From assembly GCA_030141605.1 (NCBI GenBank), contig JAQGDQ010000174.1, forward strand, positions 248,001 to 312,000: a DNA stretch of 64,000 nt, given 5' to 3'. The stretch is from Tubiluchus corallicola. Taxonomy: Eukaryota; Animalia; Priapulida. A model generated the notes under the pieces. The model worked only from the letters and a program-made list of their open reading frames with translations. It did no database searches and was not told the DNA's origin. This document shows, in pieces, positions 1 to 11,934 of this stretch (position 1 is the first letter of the stretch; each line of letters opens with the position of its first letter). Position numbers and translations under genes: made by a program.

Positions 1-269
1 CATTTTCGATAATGACCACATTGCTAATGAAATTCACTCAAATGAGTCAGCAAAGAAAGCAAATGAAATTCATGAAAAGTTGCATGCACTATATGTCCAA
101 GTACCAAGTAAATTTACAAGCTGCACTGCTATAAAATTTTCCACAAGTTCTTAAATTCTTGAAAAAATTTCTTGAAAAAAAGAATTTTGTTAAAGACACA
201 TGAAACTTTAAAAGGGGGAAGAATATTTTAACAAAATTTTACTGAATATTGCATAAACAAGCACATTAC

Positions 270-517
270 CTTTGCTACACAATTCTAATGTGTTTTCTTC
301 AGAGCAATGAATACAAATACTTGTACACTTTATAGCTACACTACATGCCCAAGACGCAATGAACCGACAAAGCGAAAAATATAAATGTTACCAATAAACA
401 CAAACCAGCATTAGCGATCTCATCCAACTTTAACTGTGCCTTTTTCTCGGTGCCATCACTAGAATGAGACTTTCTATTAAATAATGGTGATACAGCTTTA
501 CTGCGCCCACAGCCCAT
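270..517 (-). CDS. Possible 5' coding exons (517-406, 335-270) of a gene running toward the left edge; N-terminus MGCGRSKAVSP
   Basis: ATG at 517 gives MGCGRSKAVSPLFNRKSHSSDGTEKKAQLKLDEIANA, ending at a G|GTTTGT donor. Next TAG|...AAG|GTAATG exon (335-270) is phase-compatible (AIKCTSICIHCSEENTLELCSK). No family recognised and continuation is uncertain. Confidence 0.4.
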
Positions 518-1569
518 TGTTGTATGTCTCGATTCATTATACATAAAGTGGGTTCTGACATAAAAACGTCATATTTGCTGTTAAAATATAGAAAAAGGCA
601 GTTTAAACAGAAATGTCATAATGATATGTTGTCAAATCGCTGCATAAAAATGATAAACATAAACATAATTTGTTTGCATCCTCTCAAAGCACATGTATAA
701 TGCATGAAATATCATTGACTAATGTGGGGAAAATGAGGGATACTATGGTCTATACATTTCATTTTGAACATATGCCTTGACACCCACTTGTGTCGGCGCC
801 ATGTTTGCAAACGTATAACTGTTTAAAAGTGTACAATGTTAATGCACTTACAGAAAGTTTCAAAGTAACGCGCGTTAATTTAAATACGTTTAATTGTATA
901 GAATATTAAAATAAACTGAAGGTTGTTTGCTCCTTGACTTTTTCTTCTATGCCAAATAAATAAATTCACTTGAAATTGAACTCAAAAATACTACCCTAAT
1001 CTACTACATTAATGACAAGAATATAAATATGAATTTCCAAGTTTTGTGCTGAATTTCTATGAAAAATAATCCTAAAAATCTCTAACCTGCCAACAAGGCA
1101 GCCATGTCACATTCACTGCTGCTCATTTGCTATGTCGCCGAATTATAAACAAGAGAAATCATGCATTGACTACGACGCCCACGTCCTTGCGAGATTATAA
1201 GTGATGGTATAAAAAGATTATTGCAATTATTAAAACTACAAAATGCTAAAAATTAATATCAAAAGTTGTCTTAGTTTTTGAAATGGGGTTTTTACCAACG
1301 AATAAAATTCATTACTCGCTCCAACTGATCCTTTACTTTTTTCCTCAGAAAATGTGTGAACTAAAATTTTCCAATGGATTCAGTTTATTAGTTTATTTTA
1401 TTTCCAAAATGCCTAAAAGTACAACATTGTTATATTTTTACGAAGAGGCTGTTACTACAACAAATAGACAAAATTTACCATAAATTGCTAACGGCTCAGG
1501 CGAAGAAGACAGACTTGTACAGGACTGAACAGAAAGGAAAGTGGAAAGAGAAAATGTAAAAGGCCCAGG

Positions 1570-1799
1570 ATAAAGAGCAAAAAATGAAATACAAGGGTGA
1601 TAGTAAGGGTAAGGAAATGACAATGAAGAGTGAAAAAGATGATGATGAAAATGAAGACTAGATTCGCATGAGAATGTAAACAGAAACAAATCAGTCAGCA
1701 GAGTCACTGCAAAAGTAGTAGGAGTCATGTCATGGACAATAACCTTGGTACTTTTTCTATACTTCTTAGTTATTCTTCGTCTCCTTCTTCATTCTTGTA
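1570..1799. repeat. Dispersed repeat family A, copy 1 (second copy ~52555-52786, same orientation)
   Basis: Shared blocks such as GAAAATGAAGA(C/T)TAGATTC(G/A)CATGAGAA, GAGT(C/G)ACTGCAAAA and CTTCTTCATTCTTGTA. Boundaries approximate. Confidence 0.75.
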
Positions 1800-3357
1800 C
1801 GGCATTATGACAAATAACGATTCAAAATTGTAATACAACTAAAATCGTTTAATTCGGAATTTTGGATTAGACTATTTCATATTTTCTAAAGATTTTTATA
1901 TTGTACTACATTTGAATTCTCTTTGGACTCATAACTTATCTCACATTCCGAAAGCCTATTGTTATTAAGCGTGTTATGAAGTTATAGGTATAAAAATATA
2001 TTCATGCTAATCTTAAATTCCGTTGACTCATTTTTTAGTCACCAAAGTTAGAATGAAGAAGAGCTTATTAACAAAAGAAAAAACTCACAGAAAAAGAAAG
2101 AGAGAAGAAAGAGAATAAGTACAGAAGCAAAAGTAATCTGCATTGAATTTACCTAAAATCCGACTAAACATAATTCACAAATAACTAAATTAGTGACACT
2201 CGCTCTGTACCACTTATTTGCTATACGTTGAATAAAAAGCCCTTAATAATTAAAAAACAAAGGAAAAAAGAAATGACGTCATTCTTTTTCCTTGTTTTTT
2301 ATGAGGTGTTTTTTAATTGTAACTATTTTTCTCATTAAAAATTAACGCATGTTAGTTGTTTAGACTTAGCTATTAATATTTTAATTTTTAGAAAAAACAT
2401 TCACCATTAATTTTAGCTAAACTTAACTAAGTTTTTTCAAATATACAATATGCATTTCAACATGGTCATTACATTGCAGCTTCCTGTTACTTGCAGTTAC
2501 GAACAATTCAAAACAGCTGGGTCAATACTGGGCAACTTGTGATTCTATAGCGCCAAGCCATCCAATTTTTTTCAAAATGTAGTTTATATTTTAATGTTGT
2601 GTATGTCTAAAACCAAATGCGTGCACCATTAAAATTCACTTATGTGGCTGTTATATTTACGCTGTAGCATGCATTACTGCAACACGTTTTTCACATTCAC
2701 ACCAATGTAATGAATTTTATACATCTTATCAGAAATAATTATTTATTTGAGCTTTAAGAAAAAAGACAAACCAGATAATTTGCTTTAGTCACTTATTATT
2801 ATTATTGTCAACATTTATTTTGATATTATGCCACTTAGGGTGGTATACCTATAAGTCGCTATAGTACTGAAAATTAGAAAAAAGCATCCATAAACATGCA
2901 CAGATACAGAAAAAACAGATAACTACTGCAAATGCAAACACATAATCATAAACCTTTATGTGACTAGATACAATGTTTATATCAACTTAAAGACAAAAAT
3001 TGAGTTCTGAATGAGTCTGGCACTTAAACAACTGATTGTAAAATGATAAGCACTATTTTACTTAAAAGCAAAACTTTGTACATTTAACAGACATAACTAT
3101 CTTTATCAGTAACATCCACTTCACATTCAGTAAAAATACCGCATCATGTTTAGCATAAAAAACAATCACGCTGCATTTTCATATGTCAATAAGAACAGCT
3201 CTTAAAACACATTGTAATACTTTATACATATAATAAACACATAATAATTAAAACCATTATGTAATTTAACAAATTATAAATTTCACAGAGTACCACGGTA
3301 AGGTATATATTACAAATAAATCTATCAACGTAACCTATAGTCAATGTGACAACCATT

Positions 3358-6300
3358 CTAGCAAACACAACTTCCAATTACACATCCTTTAACTGCGACT
3401 TGAGGTCCTTTACAATTGCCAGGATCGGGACCATGTACATTAGACAGATTTGGACCAGCTCTATTCCTAATGTCTGGGCCATGCACTGGCAGGTAATCTT
3501 GCCTATAAAAAAGAAATGAAAATCTATATAAAAAAGACATGAATGTTTCTGCTACACAATTATAGATAATGAAAACATATAAGCATTGAATGTACTAGTT
3601 TTTAATGCAAAAATTCTATACTATATTAACATAACTATAGCTAGACAGACAGAAGCTAGAAGATAGATAATAAAATACTGCAATTTTTAGAAAGTAAAAA
3701 GTTAATGGAATCTATGCTAATCAACATTAGTGCTATATGCAATAGATTATTATTACACAATAACGTATCAATGAAAAAAACAAAAATTTATTCATCTTTA
3801 CAAGGTTCACCTTAAACAAAGCACTAGCCCACTTGTGATAAAGAGATTGAGAAGTAAGTAAGAATGCCGTTTCTCTCAAAAATGTATATTAAGATGGAGA
3901 AGCTGGGCAAATATATTTATTGATATTGTTTTAAAACACCCAACAGCGGATAATCATAATTCTACATAAAAGCAGCTCTGGGAAACACTACAAGAATCAG
4001 AACTATGTCTTATACTAGGATACGTAAATTTCTCTATTGACATCACTTCCAAAACAGGATTTAAATGAAGCTGAAGCAGGCTGGCTTTAGATGCAATTAA
4101 AATACAAGCCCAGATTTTTTGTGAGTCTTAATTTTTTTCATAGTTAGTCTAAGATGAGATAATTAACTGGCTGTGATTTATTTCAAATGAACATTTCAAT
4201 TTCATTAGGTTGGTTCAGGTTATGGCTTATACATTAACTTTCTCTTTTGATATCATACTGCTGCACTAACCCAGAAACTATAGGTACGATTAAACAAGTT
4301 TCTTAAACATAGATAATACTTACAACAGTAAACTAGGATCATGCTCCTTTCTCAACTGTGGATTTGGTCCTTTTGGCTTTACACGTAAAGGAGACATATA
4401 TTCTTCTTTCTTTTTTGCACTGAAAATGGAAATGGTCACAAGGTTAAAAGAATCAAATTGCACCTCGTTTGATAACTTTAAATTTAAACATCACTTCACA
4501 CTGCCACAGTGGCCAAATTTAGTTTTTTTAAAATTTTAACTTGGGCATCAAATAGAAAACTGAAGAAAGATAAACAGGATATTATAATTTATTATCAAAA
4601 ACATATGATAGCACATCACCTCATAATTAATATCACGAATGGATTACTGTGAAACCAAACAGTGATTAAATTCCTTGCCGGCTTACTTTAATATCATAGT
4701 TTCAAATCGCTATCTTACACCAGTTGTTGCAAAAAATTTAGACAATTTCTTAATAACCCAGGCTCACTTTTATCAAAGATTAATTTTGTCAGTTAAATTT
4801 GACACCAACATAAATTGACACTCTTATTAACGGTTGAATTTTACATCAACACATACACACTAGTGTAAGATCTTAATTCAAGAAACATTATCGAAGATTA
4901 GTGTTATTAGTTAATCGAAGATGTATATGCTAATTTACATTGTGACAGTTGTGGAACTGAGATTGCAGAATGCTGAAATTATAAAGAAAAGAAACACTTT
5001 TAGAGTTAAAAACAATCACAGTCAAGAGAAAATGTAACATGAATAAAACACAGCTGTGAGAGATTTGCACATACGTTTGACGATCGGTCTGTTTTTTCGA
5101 TGATGCTGAAGCCTGGTAGCGGGTTCGTGGCTTTGCTTCGGTCCTAATAAAATATTCAATCATTCTACCAGAAAGTTTTTCTAAACCAAAATAAACTTCC
5201 ATCAGAGAAATAATATCCATTTAGAAAAAAGAATAAAACAGTATCCTAATAAAATACTGTCACTGCACTAAAGGAAGCACTAGGAATGCTATCAACTTTT
5301 CTGTAAACAAACCAATGCCCTTGAACGATCTTTATCTTCAGGCACAATCATAACAGTTGCCAGTGTTACATTGTTAAAATATTTTTTCATTTTCTATTTT
5401 TAGCAAACACTTTCTCTGCATGCTCACAGTCTTGCTGTTGAAAAAGAATAATGTATTGTTCTTCCACCCATGTACGATATTTCAGACCTGCCATTGTAAA
5501 TTCATTGCCAACAAGCAAATTTTAATTCAGCGCAGTTATAGTAACTGCTAGTGATATGAACTGGAAGGCACTGTGACAAGGAGACACGGTTTTGAAAAAA
5601 CTGGAATGTTCAATGTACGGATGGATACTCCTAAAACAAAAATGGATCAGGAGTATCCCAGGACACTCAGCAGAGTCTATTTATAGTGAACCTTGGTCTG
5701 CTACAACTTAGTCTAACGCCTGTGATACCCCAAAGCATCCAGCATCTAGCTGATACCTTCCAGCAACCAAAAAGTCTGACGCAGATAACTATGTAATTTA
5801 AAGGTTTGGGAATAAAACAAAGTCATTATACCAGAAATTTCAATTAAGATTAGAATTTTTCTAGAAGACGAAATATACAAGCTGGTCTTTAAGTCTTGCT
5901 AAGTTGCTAGTGATTATGATTATGAGCTATGTTGTCACAGGCCCAGTCATCACTGGCTGGTCGAGGAACAGATGCCAAACACTGAATGCCAGACATGCAA
6001 AAAATAACAACAGTTTCTATTATTCAGCAAATGGCTTCTAGCGTCCGCTGCTGAAATCTTTGGTATATTGTAAGTTTAACTCTAAGCACATGTATTCAGC
6101 CAGCAGTGTCAATAATCAATAATCAAGACATTTTTTCTTTATTGTGGGATTTTTTGAATTAAAATTTCAAATTGTTCTTATCAATTTGAAGCAAAACTAA
6201 GGCAAAGACAAATAAAGGTAACAAAGCTAAAACAGGCAGAAAACAACATCTTACTTCTTGGCGGTGGGTTTCTGAGTTTTTCCACTCTTGGGTTGTTCAA

Positions 6301-9300
6301 CTGAAGGTGCTTGTTTAAGATTGGAGTGCACTGCGGCGGGACTGGCAGAACGACGTGGGCTCCGAGCGCTAGAAGAGGAAGCAGTCAACGAGGCAGAAAC
6401 TCCTACAGTCTCAGAGGATGCTACTGTGATTGAAGCCTCGGCAGGACGACTTTCTGACGTGTCTGTAAAAATGATATGTCAAAATAAAGAGCAAATTGCT
6501 ACACTAAAGCTCTGTATAACCATTATGACCTTTGGCAGTACACTTAAAACCCATTACACAACAGTCAATACCTCAACTTGTTACAATTAGTTATAATAAA
6601 AGTCAGCAAGTTAGATTGTAGATAAAGCAACCCAAAAGCCAAAAATTTAACACGTTATTTCGCGACGACATGGTTGTTACTTCTAAAAATCATTATCAAT
6701 TTTGCAGCATAGCTTATTCTATGATCTACAGCTGTTTTCACCATGTATTCACTGGTGGGGTCTAGTTTTGTGACTCGACATCCAAAAATGGAAACATTAC
6801 TTCAAAAGTACCTAAATACCTTTGATATCACTTAAGAGCTTTCACAAATAGCGAGACTGAGTCAAGTTTTGTGGATGGAAAAAAGTGCAAATACTGTTTA
6901 AAAGAATGTAAAGTAACATGTAGTGACAGTGTACTGTTACCAGGCTACAACTAGTACCAGTAACAGGTTACTTCAAAAAAGCAATGAACCTAACACTAAT
7001 GGTAATATAGTTGTTACCAGTCCTTCCAAAGACCTATGGCAGAATCTTTATAAGGCCTAAAATTCTGGTCTGAATTTTGACCAAAAAATGTTTTGTAATA
7101 CGTTACAGACGTTGTCTGTGCTTCTGCATTTGTAGCCATGATTGTATCACAGCAATATTTAGCTAAACAGAGACCCTTACTTCTGTAGGCATTTCTGAAA
7201 TATCCACAATTTATTTCCATCTGATCCAGATTAAAATTGAGAATTTGCGACTTTTGACAATGTCAATAAATTAACTAGTTTTACTTCTACTCATTTAACC
7301 AATTTTTGTGTCGAATGCATTCTCCAGCTAACCATCTACAAGTTTTTGTACTTGGTGAGCTTTTAGTTCTGTCACTTCCATGACAGTCAATCTTTCGCTC
7401 ATCTGCAAAACTGTGGTAAACATGACACACAAGTATGCTTGATGAGCAACATTATACTTGCTATACTACATAAAACTATTACATGCCAATGTTTAATATT
7501 AAAATGTAACACGAAGCCCACCAGTTGAAAGTGATGAAGTGGTAGTTCGTGTAGGCCAGGGATCTCTGCTAGTTCTTGAGGAGTGGGTTGCAACACTGGA
7601 AGCCGTTGAACTGGTGGTGGTGGTTCTGCCTGCCCTTTTTGGTGTTCTTTAAATAAAAAATAAGGAAAACATTATTTAAACAAACCCTGTCTTCTAAAAT
7701 GTACGAACTAACATCAATTTTTATTCATGAGTTAAATAATGCAAAATTTTTAGTTAACCGAACGCAACCTTTATAACTTAGCAGATTATATATAGACATG
7801 TGAAAGATACTGTTTATTTAAGCAATATTAAACTATACATACATCACCATGGTTTCATGTATGTGCATGCAAGGCACTGGCATTCATAAAAGTACTGCAA
7901 TTACTATTCGAAAAAACTAGGTATAGCATATATAAGCTAATTCAATATACATACATAACTACAAGAACATATTGAAGCAATTTACACAGACAGAATAATC
8001 AATACATTATATCAATAACAACAATAGGAATGTAGCTATGAAGCAAAGGGGTAGGTAGTGTTAGGTTAGTAAAAAGTGAACAAACTACTTTTTAGGTAAA
8101 GGAAATGTATACACAATTTAATGAATTGAATGAGTTTACAATCCCATCACAATTTAAATAATAATCCTAGCCTAATCCCAACTCTAACCCTAACCCTACT
8201 CCTAATCCTAATCACGAACTAATTTCTTGTTTGGGGAATTGTAAATTTAAGCCATTTTTGACAAGTAAGCCAAACTTTGTAGTGATCAAGGTTATTACAC
8301 CGTTCTAGTGACCAAGACTGTGATTAATTGATAGATGACCAGTGTTACTACTGACATATCACAAATCAGAGAAATCACTGTACCATGTATTGTTTCATGA
8401 TGTGCTTTGCTTCATTTTACATGCCACACTAAAGAAATTTAATATGTCTTTGTTAAAAGTTTGTCACACCTCTATAATTTATATATCCATGAAACATTTG
8501 CAAAATGCTAACTTATGTGAGGACTATAAGGAAAATCTTAAATGAATGTATCTGTTTGTAAGTCATGTTTAATCTTAAACACAAACTATTGTATGACAAA
8601 TGTAAGGTCGACCAAAAATTGTGATAAAAACAAAGCATGACTTACATTACCATGGAAATATTTCTAAACATTTCAAAAGCATATCTGACATAATAAATGC
8701 TGACATTTTTGGTGAATAATGGTTGAAATCTCACCTTGGAACAGTCATGTTGCACCAAAAGCTTGCAGTCGTGATATCATTTTTCCTATATATTGCATGT
8801 ATCAAACACTAAATTTACATAGCAGATGTTTTTGGCATGCACGTGAAAAGCGCAGTCTAGACAAAATCACTAACACGATAAGTAATCACGTATATGTTTG
8901 TCACTATTTTTAGCCAAATTCAAGAAAGCTCTGGATAAAACAGAAATGCAGGAGGGACAAAGCTTTTCACTATTGCCTTTGGATCAGGCCATCCTGCTAG
9001 TTTGGCAAATTCCTCTAAAAGCATAACATGCAGTTATGTCGTAGTAAACAATGGGACAGCTCTTACCATATGCAAAAGACATTTTGTTGGAACAAAATTA
9101 TTGTAAGACAAAGCAAAGTATTAATGTAAAGCAGTAAAATGAAGCATTACGTTTCATTCATTGACAGTAACAATATCCGAGCCTTCTCCTCATCAAAGTC
9201 GCAACTTTCTGCTGCCATAGAGATTATGGCTTTTGTAGTGGTACTACCAAACTGTTGCTCTAACTTGACCTTCACTGCAATGCAAAAACAACAATATAAC

Positions 9301-11934
9301 AAAACTGGCAATACAAAACGGAAGAAAAAAGGCCATCTTTAAGTTCATGTTTTTACATTACGTTAATACACAGCAACTTTTGCAACATCTATCTTTAGTT
9401 TTGTTTATTTTCTGCAATGTCTATGTTTATCTATTTTAGTTTTGCAACAACTGCTTCAACCTACTAGTAAGAAATCTAACGCATGCCAACGTGATATCAC
9501 TGCAACAAAAGTTATCACGTGATTACAGTGATAATAGTCACATCGTCAGCTATTCTGCTAAGTAGCTACGACCGATTCTAAATTACTGTTCACTGAATGC
9601 AAAAGCACTTTTGCGGAACAGTTTAGAGTGACTCTAGAAAAGCATTGTGAATAAGATTAAAATTACTCCAGCCAATTCGGGTGGCCTCAGTCACAGTCAA
9701 TGCAAAACTCTCCAACATCATGGATATAAAAATCTTCTGTAATTCAAATCTACTTCACTTTTTCTTCAATATTCTCACCTCTTTCTTTTTCAGCATCTGA
9801 CATTTTTTTCACTTCAGGCATCACAACAGGATGACTCTGGGACATGGCTTCACTCGGTCTACCGACAGACTGTGTAGGCTGTGCCTGCCTGAGTGCTGAT
9901 TGTGGATATCCCCCATGACTTGACCTTTGTTCTAAATGTCTTACTGCACCACTTGGCACCTCATCTGAAAAGCTGATGGTACGATGGCGTTCATATCCCA
10001 TTGCTGACAACTTGGCTTGTACCTTTGCTTCCAAGTTGCTACTTCTGCACAAAAAATAAACAAGTCAACAATACAAGCAAAACTAGCTAACTAGAATATG
10101 TAATCAAGTTACAAAACTACAAAATAAGAAAGGCAATACAGTAACGTAACACTTTAAACAAAGCAATATTCAACTACCTGTAAAACCCCATTTTAACACA
10201 ATAATGACAAGCTACTCTGCGGTAAACTCTGTTTAAAATCAACGGTAACGTTAAAATCAACAGTAAAGTTCATACTCACGTAAACAAAATATTCTGCATA
10301 ACTTCAGGATCTACATTTGGATATTCCTTCTGAAGCTTCTTATAAAGTGCTTTGTTCACACCTATAAAATTCCTTGTTGTTTCAAATGTGCATACTTTGC
10401 AAAAAAATAAATTAACTAAGATTTACTAATTAAAACAAACTTACAAATTTTGTTAAACTTGATCTTTAAATGCTTCTATCTAGGCGAATGCTTCTTGGTT
10501 GAAACATTTGAATTCTTCATCAAAAAAAGATCATCAAAAAGAGAACTCAGCATACCTGGTCTTACAGAAGGTTCTGATTGGTCCACAGTAGTAGGACTAA
10601 AAACGGCTGGTTCGTCATCTTCTTCATCTGCCTAAAATGCAAAAAATATTCCATTTGCGATAAATAAACTTGAATACATTGACAATTTCAAAATGTTGGA
10701 TTTTCCTGAATCAGTAAGCAGTAATCACCATACCTGGCTTCCGATCAAGTCCCTAGCATGGCATTTCCAGCACTGGTCTCCAGGTTTTGGTACCTCTTTT
10801 TCGTGGCAAGTTCCACACATGGGCTTGCTTGGAACAGCTGCTGCAGCCTGAGCCATTTGATTATGTGGTGTCTAATAAAAGTAGTGTTTTCTTAAACATC
10901 AATATAATACAGTTGTGCTATTATACCTAAAACATACCTATTATACGAAAAACAATATAGTTGTTTTCTGTCTTGTAGACTTAATCTGATCTTCTATACA
11001 TCTACTACAATAAACCCATTCCACAGATTCTTACTTAATATTAGGTTTCAACTTGGACTTGTTCTGCATAATAACAGTGCATTACATAGTCTTATGCATG
11101 AGCAATTTAAAAACAAGATGGTAAATGCAATCTAAATCATATGAAATTTTGTGACTTACTGCTGTCATATGCACATATCACAGTACGATCACAATTATTT
11201 TTTCATTTCAGTATAATTGCTACCATAACTTAAATTAATGATGCTTAGATAAATTCAGAATCAATCAAACCAGCAATCAAACTATGCATATGAGGCAAAT
11301 ATACACCATGCATAATTATGTAGTACAAAAACATTTTATGACATTTAAACCTGTTGCATAGGCATCGGCTGAGTTCGTGCGGGTGACGGTTGGTAAGGAG
11401 CTGTCCAAGACTGCGGCTGAGCAGGTGCATATGGGTGTTGATGAACAAACTGTTGAACATATTGCTGTTGATATGCTGGATCAAGTCGTGGATCTTGCCA
11501 AGTAGTTTTCTTTTCTACATGATTGATAAAAAAGCTGTAAAGAAAAATTCAAATGCTTTAAAGATCCTGGTAGATAAACGGGCAGTTTTTGAAATTACAA
11601 AAGCACTTAGTTGGATTTATCCTACCATCTACCCATCTATTCATGTCGTACAGATGTTGTTTTATGTGAAATTTTATTTGAAGGTTGTTTTCTTTCGTTG
11701 GTGTTTAAGCATGTTTTCTTTCGTTGGTGTTTTAAGAATGTGAAAGAGTAAGAGTCTAACAATTGCATACATTTCGAAAAAAATATTTTGATTTTTGAAT
11801 AATGTAGCCTCCACTGCAGGCCAGTATTTACGTTCATAATTTATTTTCACTCACTATCGATTAGTATTTGGATCAAGTTTTGCTTCCCATCCTTGAGGAA
11901 GCGGTATATTAGGGTTTACACGCTGCTGATTCAT
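3358..11934 (-). CDS. Uncharacterised WW-domain / C4 zinc finger / tandem CUE-like protein, 12 coding exons, ~530 aa
   Basis: Phase-consistent GT-AG exons: 11934-11855, 11534-11351, 10871-10734, 10631-10556, 10361-10280, 10044-9779, 9274-9151, 7646-7522, 6462-6255, 5143-5075, 4419-4324, 3502-3358 (1593 nt including TAG). WW signature [32 protein letters not shown]; CGTC-x11-CWKC; CUE-like LQKEYPNVDPEVMQNILF and LEQQFGSTTTKAIISMAAESCDFDEEKARILL; ends in GP repeats and SCVC*. Confidence 0.85.
8135..8245. repeat. Small inverted-repeat element with internal degenerate (CCCTAA)n
   Basis: TTTACAATCCC (8135) and GGGAATTGTAAA (8245) are near-complementary ends. Internal CCTAATCCCAACTCTAACCCTAACCCTACTCCTAATCCTAAT at ~8171-8212. 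Confidence 0.45.

Noticed and set aside
2-154. Stop-free plus-strand frame at the window edge (IFDNDHIANE...STSS*)
   Set aside because: Short, no recognisable motif, and cannot be distinguished from chance or from the antisense of the minus-strand candidate.
7014-7402. Exon-like segments (ORF 7014-7220 and acceptor at 7403) inside the WW gene
   Set aside because: Their phases cannot be joined cleanly to the flanking exons, which splice directly 7522>6462 in phase 1.
8975-9014. Possible small exon EEFAKLAGWPDPK in the WW gene
   Set aside because: Needs phase 1 and a GC donor; the upstream exon ends in phase 2, which gives a stop.
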